From Clostridia bacterium (lineage in GTDB: Bacteria; Bacillota; Clostridia; Oscillospirales; CAG-272), in the NCBI GenBank assembly GCA_017961575.1, contig JAGCXA010000021.1, forward strand, positions 2,102 through 66,101: DNA of 64,000 nt. Direction: 5' to 3'. A model generated the notes under the pieces. The model saw only the letters and a list, made by a program, of their open reading frames with translations, did not search any database and was not told the DNA's origin. Every line of letters begins with the position of its first letter. Position 1 is the first letter of the stretch. This document shows positions 1 to 10,225 of the stretch, one piece after another. The position numbers were made by a program, and so were the translations under genes.

Positions 1-1724
1 ATAAGCGACAGGTGTCCGTAGAGGGTCGCTTCCTTGATGGAGGGGTTGGTCTTGGTATGAAATTCCGAGATCGTCTCGTCGTCCCCGAAAATATCCTCGT
101 CGGTCATAAACCGACGGAGCGAGGAGACGAAGGGCATCCCCATCGTGGGCTGTTCGGCGTTGAAGCGGGTCAGGTAATTGCCCATCGTGCCCCGCCAGTC
201 GGACAGGTCGGTTTCGCGCACGAAGCGGAAGAAGGAACCGAGGAAGAAGGTGCTGTGCGAGGTGCCGCGCGTCGGACTGCAATAGGGATCGCCGCCGTAG
301 GGCGACGAGGGGAGAAAACGGCGGGCGGGATCGAGTTCCGAGAGGATCGGCGCGATCGCCTTCGCGGCGCGGTAGCCGGGGAAATCGGTCTTGTTCTCGT
401 TGCCGTACACGGCGTTTTCGTTGTCGCCGTTCCAGAACGCGAGGCAGGCGTGATTGCGCAGACGGAGCGCCGCGGCCCTCGCCTCGCGCCTCAGTTCGTC
501 GAGGAACTCGGGATCCTCCTCGGGATAGGTGCCGCAAGCCATCAGAAAGTCCTGCGCCACGAGGATCCCGAGTCGGTCGCATTCGTCGTAGAACTCGTCG
601 CGCTCGAAGATCCCGCCGCCCCAGACGCGGATCATATTGACGCCGCCCGCCCGGCTGATTTCAAGCAGGCGCGCGATCTTTTCGGGGGTCTCGGCGGACG
701 GGAAGGGTTCGCAGGGCACCCAGTCGGCGCCGCGGCAGAAGATCGGCGTTCCGTTGACGAGGACCGTAAACGAGGAGGTCGTTTCGTTGTTGTCTTTCCC
801 GACGGCGAAGGGCTGCGCCTTGATCTTCCGGCAGAGCGCGGCGGCGGCGCCGCCCGGTTCGTCGATCAGTTCCCGGACCGTGATCCGGCGGATCCCGAAT
901 CGCACCCGCTTTTCTCCGGCGGGGGTCGACGCGACGAGCGTATAGAGCGGCTGATCGCCGTAGCCGTTCGGGTACCAGAAGCGCGGGGACGGAAGGTCGA
1001 TCCGTTCCTCGCACGACGGTTCGATCAGTTTTCGCGTCTTCGACCAGACGCGCTTGCCGTCGGGATCCTCGACCGAAAGCGACAGAAGATCGCCCGCAGG
1101 GGCGAAATCGGAGAACGAGAGGGCAACCCGGATCTGCGCCGAGCCGGGCAGGATCTCCTCGGTCGTGACGTAGACGTCGGAGATCGTATCGGGGCGGCGG
1201 AAAGTCAGCCGCACGTCGCGGAAAATCCCCATCGTGACGAAACGGTCGACCCAGTCCCAGCCGTAGGTGCATTGGATCCGGCGGGTGTGAAGCCGCTCGG
1301 TCGTGAACGCGCCCTCAAGCGCCGGTTTCCCCGCGACCCGGCGGATCGGGGAGAAGAACCGCACTTCCAGCCGGTTGACTCCGGCTTTGAGTACGCCGTC
1401 GACCGGGAAAATCTGCGGGTGGAACATATTGTGCCCCTCGCCGACGCGCACCCCGTTCAGGTAAACGTCGCAGTAGGTATCGAGCCCGTCGAATTCGAGC
1501 TGCGCGTCGGGGAAAAGTTCCGCGACCTCAAACTCGCGCGAATAGGTCGCGTCGCAGTCCTCGATCCATTGCACCTTTTTCGACTCGTCGCGGAAGTAAA
1601 AGTCCCCGATCTTCCCGCAGGCGAGAAGGTCGGTATGCACGCACCCCGGCACCGTTGCCGGGAAGGCGAAGACCTCCCCCTTCCCGTCCCTGATCTCTCC
1701 TTGCCACGCACCGTTCAGCAGCAT
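1..1724 (-). CDS. Glycoside hydrolase family 2, beta-mannosidase-like (3' end cut by window edge)
   Basis: Absent from the ORF track because it runs off the window. Reverse complement from ATG 1724-1722 reads MLLNGAWQGEIRDGKGEVFAFPATVPGCVHTDLL...RRIQCTYGWDWV...NMIRVWGGGIFERDEFYDECDRLGILVAQDFLMACGTYP. GGAG RBS upstream. The listed + ORF 12..1817 is its antisense shadow. Confidence 0.75.
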   Translation of the reverse strand, partial: MLLNGAWQGEIRDGKGEVFAFPATVPGCVHTDLLACGKIGDFYFRDESKKVQWIEDCDATYSREFEVAELFPDAQLEFDGLDTYCDVYLNGVRVGEGHNMFHPQIFPVDGVLKAGVNRLEVRFFSPIRRVAGKPALEGAFTTERLHTRRIQCTYGWDWVDRFVTMGIFRDVRLTFRRPDTISDVYVTTEEILPGSAQIRVALSFSDFAPAGDLLSLSVEDPDGKRVWSKTRKLIEPSCEERIDLPSPRFWYPNGYGDQPLYTLVASTPAGEKRVRFGIRRITVRELIDEPGGAAAALCRKIKAQPFAVGKDNNETTSSFTVLVNGTPIFCRGADWVPCEPFPSAETPEKIARLLEISRAGGVNMIRVWGGGIFERDEFYDECDRLGILVAQDFLMACGTYPEEDPEFLDELRREARAAALRLRNHACLAFWNGDNENAVYGNENKTDFPGYRAAKAIAPILSELDPARRFLPSSPYGGDPYCSPTRGTSHSTFFLGSFFRFVRETDLSDWRGTMGNYLTRFNAEQPTMGMPFVSSLRRFMTDEDIFGDDETISEFHTKTNPSIKEATLYGHLSL

Positions 1725-1874
1725 CGCGGTACTCCTCTCTCATCCGGACCGGGGGCGCGGTTCCCCGCCCCCCGTTTTCTTTCCAATTCATTATACCGCA
1801 TCCCGCCGGGAATGTAAAGCGGAAAAGCGAATTTTGTGCGGAGCGCGGACGTGCAACGACAAGGCGGACGCAGG

Positions 1875-2034
1875 CGGCACAGACCGAAAAACGAATGATA
1901 AACAAAAGGAGAAACCCGTTCGCGTCCGCGAACGGGTTTCCACTTTAATCAGAGTTGTTCCGGGTGAAGAGTTTTCACACGGCAAAACGCTTTCACGGAT
2001 CATACAGACGCCCATCGTTTTTCGGTCTGTGCCG
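1875..2034. repeat. 160-bp unit bounded by a perfect 20-bp inverted repeat (cggcacagaccgaaaaacga 1875-1894 / tcgtttttcggtctgtgccg 2015-2034)
   Basis: Exact reverse-complement match read directly. It encloses the 1911-1940 hairpin. No credible ORF inside. Confidence 0.7.
1911..1940 (-). terminator. Intrinsic terminator downstream of the degV-yloV operon
   Basis: gaaacccgttcgcg / cgcgaacgggtttc stem of 13-14 bp, followed on the minus strand by tccttttgtttatc. Confidence 0.6.
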
Positions 2035-2048
2035 TATGCGTTCGTCTT

Positions 2049-3752
2049 TTACTCAGCGGAGATTAAGAAGTCATAGAGGGGCTGCCCGCCGTCCACCGCC
2101 GTCGCCTCCGCGTTCTTCCCGCAGACTTGCCCGATCAGTTCGACGACCGCTTCCCCTTCCTCCTCGGTGACGTCGGCGCCGCGGAACACGGTCAAAAACT
2201 CCGCCGTCTTCACGCCGTCAAGGAGCGCGGAAAGGCAATCGGTGCGGTCCGCGGCGTGGCAAACGATCTTGCCGCGGAGCAGTCCGAGGTACTCGCCCTG
2301 CCGGACGGTTTCGCCGTTGACGACCGAGTCGCGGACGGCGCGCGTGACCGAGAGAGACGAGACGCCCTTCATCGCCGCCTCCATCGCGTTCTTGTTGTCG
2401 TCGAGCGAACGTTCGGGATCGAACGCCATCATAACGGCGATCCCCTCCTGGATCGTGTAGGTCGGGATCACGACGACCTTCTTTTTCTTTTCAAGAAGCG
2501 CCGCCTGCGCCGCGACCATACAGATGTTCTTGTTGTTCGGGAGGACGAAAACGACCTTCGACGGGGTGGCGCGCACCTGCGTCAGGACGTCGTTGGTACT
2601 GGGGTTCATCGTCTGCCCGCCCTTGACGATCCGGTCCGCGCCGAGATCGCGGAACGCGGCGACGATCCCCTCGCCCGTACAGACCGAAACAAAGCCGTAT
2701 TCCTTCTCGGCTTTGACCTCTTTCGGGGGAAGCAGGGACTTCGTGATCTTCGCCGCGCGTTCGGCGGCGCCTTCCAGTTTGCCCGCCGCGACGGCGACGG
2801 GAGACGGCTTCTTTTCGGTCGTCAGACTGGTGTGCTGTTCGCGCATATTCTCGACCTTGACGGTCAGGAGCGCGCCGTATTTCACCGCCTCGGAAAGCAC
2901 CTTGCCGGGGTCGGAGGTATGCACGTGGATCTTGACGATCTCCTCGTCGTCGACGAAGACGGCGCTGTCGCCGGCGGAAAGGACGAAGGCGCGGAAGTCG
3001 CCGCAGGTCCCCTCTCCCTTGAACTCGACGCTCTTGCCGACGATGCACTCGGTGCAGTAGGGATAGACGATGTCCTCGGTCGAGAACTTCTCAAAGACCG
3101 TGCCGCTCCCTTCGCTTCTCGCGGCGGCGAGCGCGACCGGTTTCCCGTGCAGGGCGGCGATCATTCCTTCCAGCACGACGACGAATCCCATCCCGCCCGA
3201 ATCGACGACGCCCGCCTGTTTTAAGACGGGGAGCATCTCGGGGGTCTTGTTCAGCGTTTCGCGCGCGACGTCGAGGATCTTGTCGAAGAGTTCCTGCATC
3301 GTGGGGGGATTCAGTTTCCTCCCCGCCGTTTTCTCCGCCGCCTCGGCGGACAGGCGCATCACGGTCAAAATCGTCCCCTCGGTGGGGTTCGAGACCGAAC
3401 GGTACGCCTCCTCGGTCCCGAGTTTGAAAGCGCGGGCAATATCGGGCAGGTCGGCGCGGTCGATCTCCTTGAAAGCACGGGAAACGCCCCGGAAGAAGAG
3501 CGAGAGGATCACCCCCGAGTTGCCGCGCGCCGAACGGAGCGCCGTCGACGCGATCTCACGCGAGACTTCGTCGACCGTCTCGCCCTCGCGTCCCGCGGGG
3601 GAGATGCTGCCGAGGGTCATACTCATATTGATCCCCGTGTCGCCGTCGGGCACCGGGAAAACGTTTAAATCGTTGATTTTCTGCTTCGCGTTTTCAAGGG
3701 CGTTTCCCGCGGAAACGACCATCGAACGGAACAGAGAGCCGTTGATCTTCAT
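2049..3752 (-). CDS. yloV: DAK2 domain fusion protein YloV
   Basis: 567 aa. N-terminus MKINGSLFRSMVVSAGNALENAKQKINDLNVFPVPDGDTGINMSMTLGS is the typical DhaL/YloV signature. Confidence 0.9.
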   Translation of the reverse strand: MKINGSLFRSMVVSAGNALENAKQKINDLNVFPVPDGDTGINMSMTLGSISPAGREGETVDEVSREIASTALRSARGNSGVILSLFFRGVSRAFKEIDRADLPDIARAFKLGTEEAYRSVSNPTEGTILTVMRLSAEAAEKTAGRKLNPPTMQELFDKILDVARETLNKTPEMLPVLKQAGVVDSGGMGFVVVLEGMIAALHGKPVALAAARSEGSGTVFEKFSTEDIVYPYCTECIVGKSVEFKGEGTCGDFRAFVLSAGDSAVFVDDEEIVKIHVHTSDPGKVLSEAVKYGALLTVKVENMREQHTSLTTEKKPSPVAVAAGKLEGAAERAAKITKSLLPPKEVKAEKEYGFVSVCTGEGIVAAFRDLGADRIVKGGQTMNPSTNDVLTQVRATPSKVVFVLPNNKNICMVAAQAALLEKKKKVVVIPTYTIQEGIAVMMAFDPERSLDDNKNAMEAAMKGVSSLSVTRAVRDSVVNGETVRQGEYLGLLRGKIVCHAADRTDCLSALLDGVKTAEFLTVFRGADVTEEEGEAVVELIGQVCGKNAEATAVDGGQPLYDFLISAE

Positions 3753-3780
3753 TTCGTGCTTGCGTTCCTTTCGTCAAGGG

Positions 3781-4647
3781 TCAACGCTTATTTCCGAGGA
3801 AGAAGAGAGCGAGCGTTCCGGGTCCCGAATGGGAGCCGATCACGTGTCCGGTGTAGCCGATCTCGACCCGCTTGATCCCGAAGGTCTCCTTCACCCAGCC
3901 GGCAAGTTCCTCGGCGTCGTCCTGACAGTCGCCCTGACAGATGAAGACCGTCTGATCCTCCGGGAGGATCGCCGAGTTCTTCATATGTTCGAGAAGGGCG
4001 CGCATCGAGTTCTTGCGTCCCTTCGCCTTCTCCATATTGATGAGGTGTCCCTCGTCGTCGACGTGGAGCACCGGGCGGATGTTCAGCATCGTGCCGAGCA
4101 GAGCCGTCGCGCCGGAAATGCGTCCGCCGCGCTTCAGGTGGAAGAGGTCGTCGACGGTGAACCAATGGCAGAGGTTAAAGCGCGTCCGTTCGGCGTAGTC
4201 GAAGGTCTCGTCGATCGAGTGACCGGCGCGCGCGTATTTCACGGTATGGAAGACGAGCAACCCCTCTCCGAGCGAGGCGGCGAGGGTATCGACCACGAGG
4301 AATTTGCGGTCGGGGTACTTCTCTTTCAAGTCCTCCGCCGCGATCTTCGCCGCGTTGCAGGAGGCGCTGAGCCCGGACGAGAAGGCGAGGAAGAGAACGT
4401 CGACGCCCGACGCGAGGACCGGTTCGACTGCCTCGATGACCTCCCCGACGCTGTACGCCGCGGTCACGGCGGTGCATTTGGCGCGGAGAGCGTTGTAGAA
4501 GTCGGGATAATCCATCGTCAGCCCGTCGATCACGGTGCCGTCGGGCTTCGTCAGGGTCGTTTTCAGTTCGAGGACGGAAACGTCAAGTTCCTTGATCAGT
4601 TCGGGGGTCAGATCCGACCCCGAGTCGGTAAAAATACGAAAATCCAT
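3781..4647 (-). CDS. DegV family fatty-acid-binding protein
   Basis: MDFRIFTDSGSDLTPELIKELDV... DegV-like. Start moved to ATG 4647 (AGGAG RBS in taaggagacacaaATG). The track's 90-aa N-terminal extension translates the hairpin repeat array and crosses the promoter. Confidence 0.9.
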   Translation of the reverse strand: MDFRIFTDSGSDLTPELIKELDVSVLELKTTLTKPDGTVIDGLTMDYPDFYNALRAKCTAVTAAYSVGEVIEAVEPVLASGVDVLFLAFSSGLSASCNAAKIAAEDLKEKYPDRKFLVVDTLAASLGEGLLVFHTVKYARAGHSIDETFDYAERTRFNLCHWFTVDDLFHLKRGGRISGATALLGTMLNIRPVLHVDDEGHLINMEKAKGRKNSMRALLEHMKNSAILPEDQTVFICQGDCQDDAEELAGWVKETFGIKRVEIGYTGHVIGSHSGPGTLALFFLGNKR

Positions 4648-4726
4648 TTGTGTCTCCTTATATCGGAACCGGATGAAACCGGATGATTTCTTGCGGTTTT
4701 TCGGGCGTTTTTGCCCGTACTTTTTT

Positions 4727-4755
4727 ATTATACCACGCAATATGGTTTTTGTCAA
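4727..4755 (-). promoter_or_regulatory. SigA-type promoter of the degV-yloV operon
   Basis: Minus strand TTGACA-17 nt-TATAAT with TGg extended -10 (ttgacaaaaaccatattgcgtggtataat). Confidence 0.6.
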
Positions 4756-4791
4756 CAGATGTGCGGTTTTTTGGTGTCCGCATTTTTGAAT

Positions 4792-5143
4792 CCGCACGAA
4801 GTGCGGTATGTCATCCACGCGCAGCGTGGCATGTAATCCGTGCAGAGCACGGTATGTAATCCACCCAAAAGGTGGTATGTAATTCGCCCGCAGGGCGACC
4901 GTAACCAAGTCTTTCACTCAAAAGCGTGGAACTTACCGCTTGCGGGGCAAGCGGATTGGATTACATACTGCGCGCAAGCGCGCAGATTACATACGCGCCT
5001 GCGGCGCAATTACATACCGCCCGCGCGGCGGACGGATTACATCCACCCCTACGGGGTGATTTGGAACGACGGGGACGGATTACATCCACCCCTACGGGGT
5101 GATTGGGAACGACGGATTGCGTTCCACGCCGCGCGCGGCGTGG
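4792..5143. repeat. Hairpin array 1: 12 GC-rich palindromes joined by the constant linker TATGTAAT (left arm) / ATTACATA (right arm)
   Basis: Palindromes start at 4792, 4815, 4838, 4861, 4884, 4936, 4968, 4995, 5017, 5044, 5087 and 5124, with nine linker copies. Read directly from the sequence. Confidence 0.85.
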
Positions 5144-5158
5144 ATTCGGAAGCAATGG

Positions 5159-6067
5159 TTACGACAGGGAGAGGGTGCGCGCGATTTGGCGGGAGATCTC
5201 GCGCGGCAGATCGTCGGGGCGGACGCCGTAGGCGGAATACTGTTCGGTCAGCGCGTCGCCCGCCGCGCCGTGCAGGTAAACGGCGAGGATCGCGGCGTCG
5301 CGGGGGTCAGACCCCTGTGCGAGAAGCGAAACGAGAAGTCCGGCGAGCACGTCGCCGCTCCCGCCCTTGGCAAGCCCCGATCCGCCGGTCGTATTGACGG
5401 CGACTTCCCCGTCGGGGGAGGCGATCACGGTCCCGGCGCCCTTTAAAACGAGGGTGACGCCGTACTCTTCGGCAAAGCGGGCGGCGACGCCGACGCGGTC
5501 GGAGTTGATCTCGTCGACCGGGAGACCCGACAAGCGGGCGAATTCAAGGGGATGCGGGGTCAGGATCACGGGACGCGCGGCGACCTTCAAGCGTTCGAGC
5601 GACGTCTCGCGCGCAAGGGCGAGCGCGTTCAGGGCGTCGGCGTCGAGGACGACGGGACAGCCCGGCGCCGCGAGCAGTTCACAGAGCGAGAGACGAAGCC
5701 GATCGGAGCATCCCGAACCGCAGCCGACGAGGACGGCGGTCGCCCGCGCGGCGAGGTCAAGCGGCAGATACGCGCCGATCTTCGAGGGCGAAAACGCCGT
5801 ACCGATAACCGACGGCGCGCGGGAGAGGACGAGCGAAACGACCGACTCGCACGAGACGATCTCGACAAGCCCCGCGCCGCCCGCAAGCGCCGCCTCGGCG
5901 GAAAGGCACGCCGCGCCGCGGTATTGTTCGCTCCCGCAGTAAAGGAGGGCGCGTCCGAAGGTCCCCTTGTTGCCGTCCTCGGGACGGGCGGGGATCAGCG
6001 ACGCGGCAAACGCGGCGTCGAGTAGGCGCGGCGAGCCGATCTTCTCTTGTTCGGGCTGTTTTTTCAT
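5159..6067 (-). CDS. nnrD: ADP-dependent NAD(P)H-hydrate dehydratase (YjeF C-terminal, carbohydrate-kinase family)
   Basis: 302 aa. NKGTFGRALLYCGS...VLDADALN...GGSGLAKGGSGDVLAGL motifs. Confidence 0.85.
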   Translation of the reverse strand: MKKQPEQEKIGSPRLLDAAFAASLIPARPEDGNKGTFGRALLYCGSEQYRGAACLSAEAALAGGAGLVEIVSCESVVSLVLSRAPSVIGTAFSPSKIGAYLPLDLAARATAVLVGCGSGCSDRLRLSLCELLAAPGCPVVLDADALNALALARETSLERLKVAARPVILTPHPLEFARLSGLPVDEINSDRVGVAARFAEEYGVTLVLKGAGTVIASPDGEVAVNTTGGSGLAKGGSGDVLAGLLVSLLAQGSDPRDAAILAVYLHGAAGDALTEQYSAYGVRPDDLPREISRQIARTLSLS

Positions 6068-6178
6068 ACCGTTTCCTCCCGGCGAAGTTCATCTTTCTTT
6101 TCCGATTTTCCATTATAGCACGAAGCGTCCGTTTCCGCAAGTCATTCCCGATTTTTCGCCCTTTCGGCAAAAAAACAC

Positions 6179-6207
6179 TTTACAGAAACGCGGTTTTGTG
6201 GTATACT
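6179..6207 (+). promoter_or_regulatory. SigA-type promoter of the cytidylate-kinase-like gene
   Basis: TTTACA-17 nt-TATACT with TGg extended -10. The start codon follows an AAGGAGG RBS. Confidence 0.55.
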
Positions 6208-6250
6208 GTATACGGAACCGAGATCGCACAAGCGAAGGAGGATTTTTGAT

Positions 6251-6883
6251 ATGGCGGATAAGATTGTCATCACGATCGCACGGCAGTACGGAAGCGGCGG
6301 GCGCGAGATCGGCGAGAAGGTCGCCGACGCGCTCGGCATCAAGCATTACGACGAAAACCTCATCACCCTGGCGGCGCGGGAGGGGAATCTGGACGAAACG
6401 GTGGCGAGCAAAGCCGACGAGAGCGCGGCGAACAGTCTGCTCTACACGCTGGCGCTCGGATCCAACTTCTTCGGGTCGGCGATGAACTTCGGCTACAAGC
6501 CGCCGCTCAACGACAAACTCTTTCTTCTGCAATCCGACGTGATCCGTCGGGCGGCGGAAGAGGGGAGCTGCGTCATCATCGGGCGCTGCGCCGACTACGT
6601 TCTGCGCGAACATCCGAAGCGGCTCTCGATCTTCGTCTACGGCGATCTTCCCAACCGGAAACAGCGCGTGATGGAACGGCACGAGGGGATCACCGAAGCG
6701 CAGGCGATCGACCTCATCAACAAGACCGACCGGCGGCGCTCGTCCTACTACAACTTCTACACCGGGAACAAGTGGGGCAAATACGACAACTACCACCTCG
6801 CGGTGAACAGCAGTCTGCTCGGGATCGACAAGACGGCGGAGTTGATCGCGGATATGGCAAAACTCCTTATGGAGAAAAAATAA
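6251..6883 (+). CDS. Cytidylate kinase-like family protein (P-loop-like QYGSGG)
   Basis: 210 aa. MADKIVITIARQYGSGGREIGEKVADALGIKHYD... is typical of the Cytidylate_kin2 family. Confidence 0.8.
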   Translation: MADKIVITIARQYGSGGREIGEKVADALGIKHYDENLITLAAREGNLDETVASKADESAANSLLYTLALGSNFFGSAMNFGYKPPLNDKLFLLQSDVIRRAAEEGSCVIIGRCADYVLREHPKRLSIFVYGDLPNRKQRVMERHEGITEAQAIDLINKTDRRRSSYYNFYTGNKWGKYDNYHLAVNSSLLGIDKTAELIADMAKLLMEKK

Positions 6884-6895
6884 TCTGTTTGAATC

Positions 6896-6922
6896 GCCCG
6901 GGCGGAAACGCCCGGGCTTTTT
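6896..6922 (+). terminator. Intrinsic terminator
   Basis: gcccgggcg-gaaa-cgcccgggc, a 9-bp stem plus ttttt. Confidence 0.8.
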
Positions 6923-6933
6923 CGTTTTCGAAT

Positions 6934-7359
6934 CCAAGCCGCCCGCGGCTTGGTACGTGATCCGCCCCCGTCGTTCCAAATCACCCCGGAGGGGTGGATG
7001 TAATCCATCCGCCGCGCGGATGGTATGTAATTGCGCCGCAGGCGCGTATGTAATCCGTTCGCGAAGCGGACGGTATGTAATCCGCTTGCCCCGCAAGCGG
7101 TACGGTATTCGCAAGGGACGAAAAAACCCGGCACCACCTCATCTGTCATTCCGTGACATCTTCCCCTCAAGTGGAAGACTTGGTACGTCCCCTGCGGGAA
7201 ATTCCATACAATGCTTCGCATTGGTTACATACTGCCCTTTGGATGGATTACATACCGTGCTTTGCACGGATTACATGCCACGCTTCGCGTGGATTACATA
7301 CCGCACTTCGTGCGGATTTGGAACGACGGGGGGCAGATTACATACCGCACTTTGTGCGG
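6934..7359. repeat. Hairpin array 2: inverted copy of array 1, same linker-plus-variable-hairpin architecture
   Basis: Palindromes start at 6934, 6982, 7005, 7033, 7055, 7082, 7209, 7232 (degenerate), 7255, 7278, 7301 and 7345. Linkers are TATGTAAT, then ATTACATA. Confidence 0.85.
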
Positions 7360-7455
7360 ATTTGGAACGAAACAGAAAAGTTTACATTTTGGGATGGTAT
7401 TTCAGGGAATAGTATGGTAAAATGGTAGAAGAGAAATTATGCGAAGGAGACCGAT

Positions 7456-10221
<2,766 letters not shown>

Positions 10222-10225
10222 CGCC

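Noticed and set aside
12-1817. 601-aa + strand ORF at the window start
   Set aside because: Its composition is Arg/Gly/Ala/Val-rich with no recognisable motifs. The opposite strand encodes a clear GH2 beta-mannosidase-like protein with an RBS. This is an antisense shadow ORF typical of high-GC DNA.
4855-4870. DnaA-box-like sequences (taatccacc, catccaccc) within the arrays, suggesting oriC
   Set aside because: They are only partial matches to TTATCCACA and arise from the linker plus the CC-start of the hairpins. There is no dnaA or dnaN and no AT-rich unwinding element nearby.
4792-5143. CRISPR interpretation of the hairpin arrays (also 6934-7359)
   Set aside because: The constant element is only 8-12 nt. 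The variable segments are 11-20 nt and are themselves palindromes. The orientation flips within each array, and there are no cas genes in the window. This does not fit CRISPR repeat-spacer architecture.
4840-5397. ORFs translating the hairpin arrays (4840..5397, 4961..5155, 6957..7412, 7153..7428, 7211..7420, N-terminal part of 3781..4917, 6790..7221, upstream part of 6113..7114)
   Set aside because: The periodic peptides (..ITYR..LHT..DYIP..) simply reflect the 23-bp DNA repeat. There is no RBS, the ORFs occur on both strands, and they overlap promoters and terminators.
4792-7359. Invertible promoter switch (phase variation) controlling degV or secA
   Set aside because: The promoters of the enclosed genes are internal and divergent (6068-6250), and the degV promoter lies outside the repeats, so inversion would not rewire any promoter. 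No recombinase gene is nearby. Recombination between the arms remains possible, but a regulatory switch is not supported.
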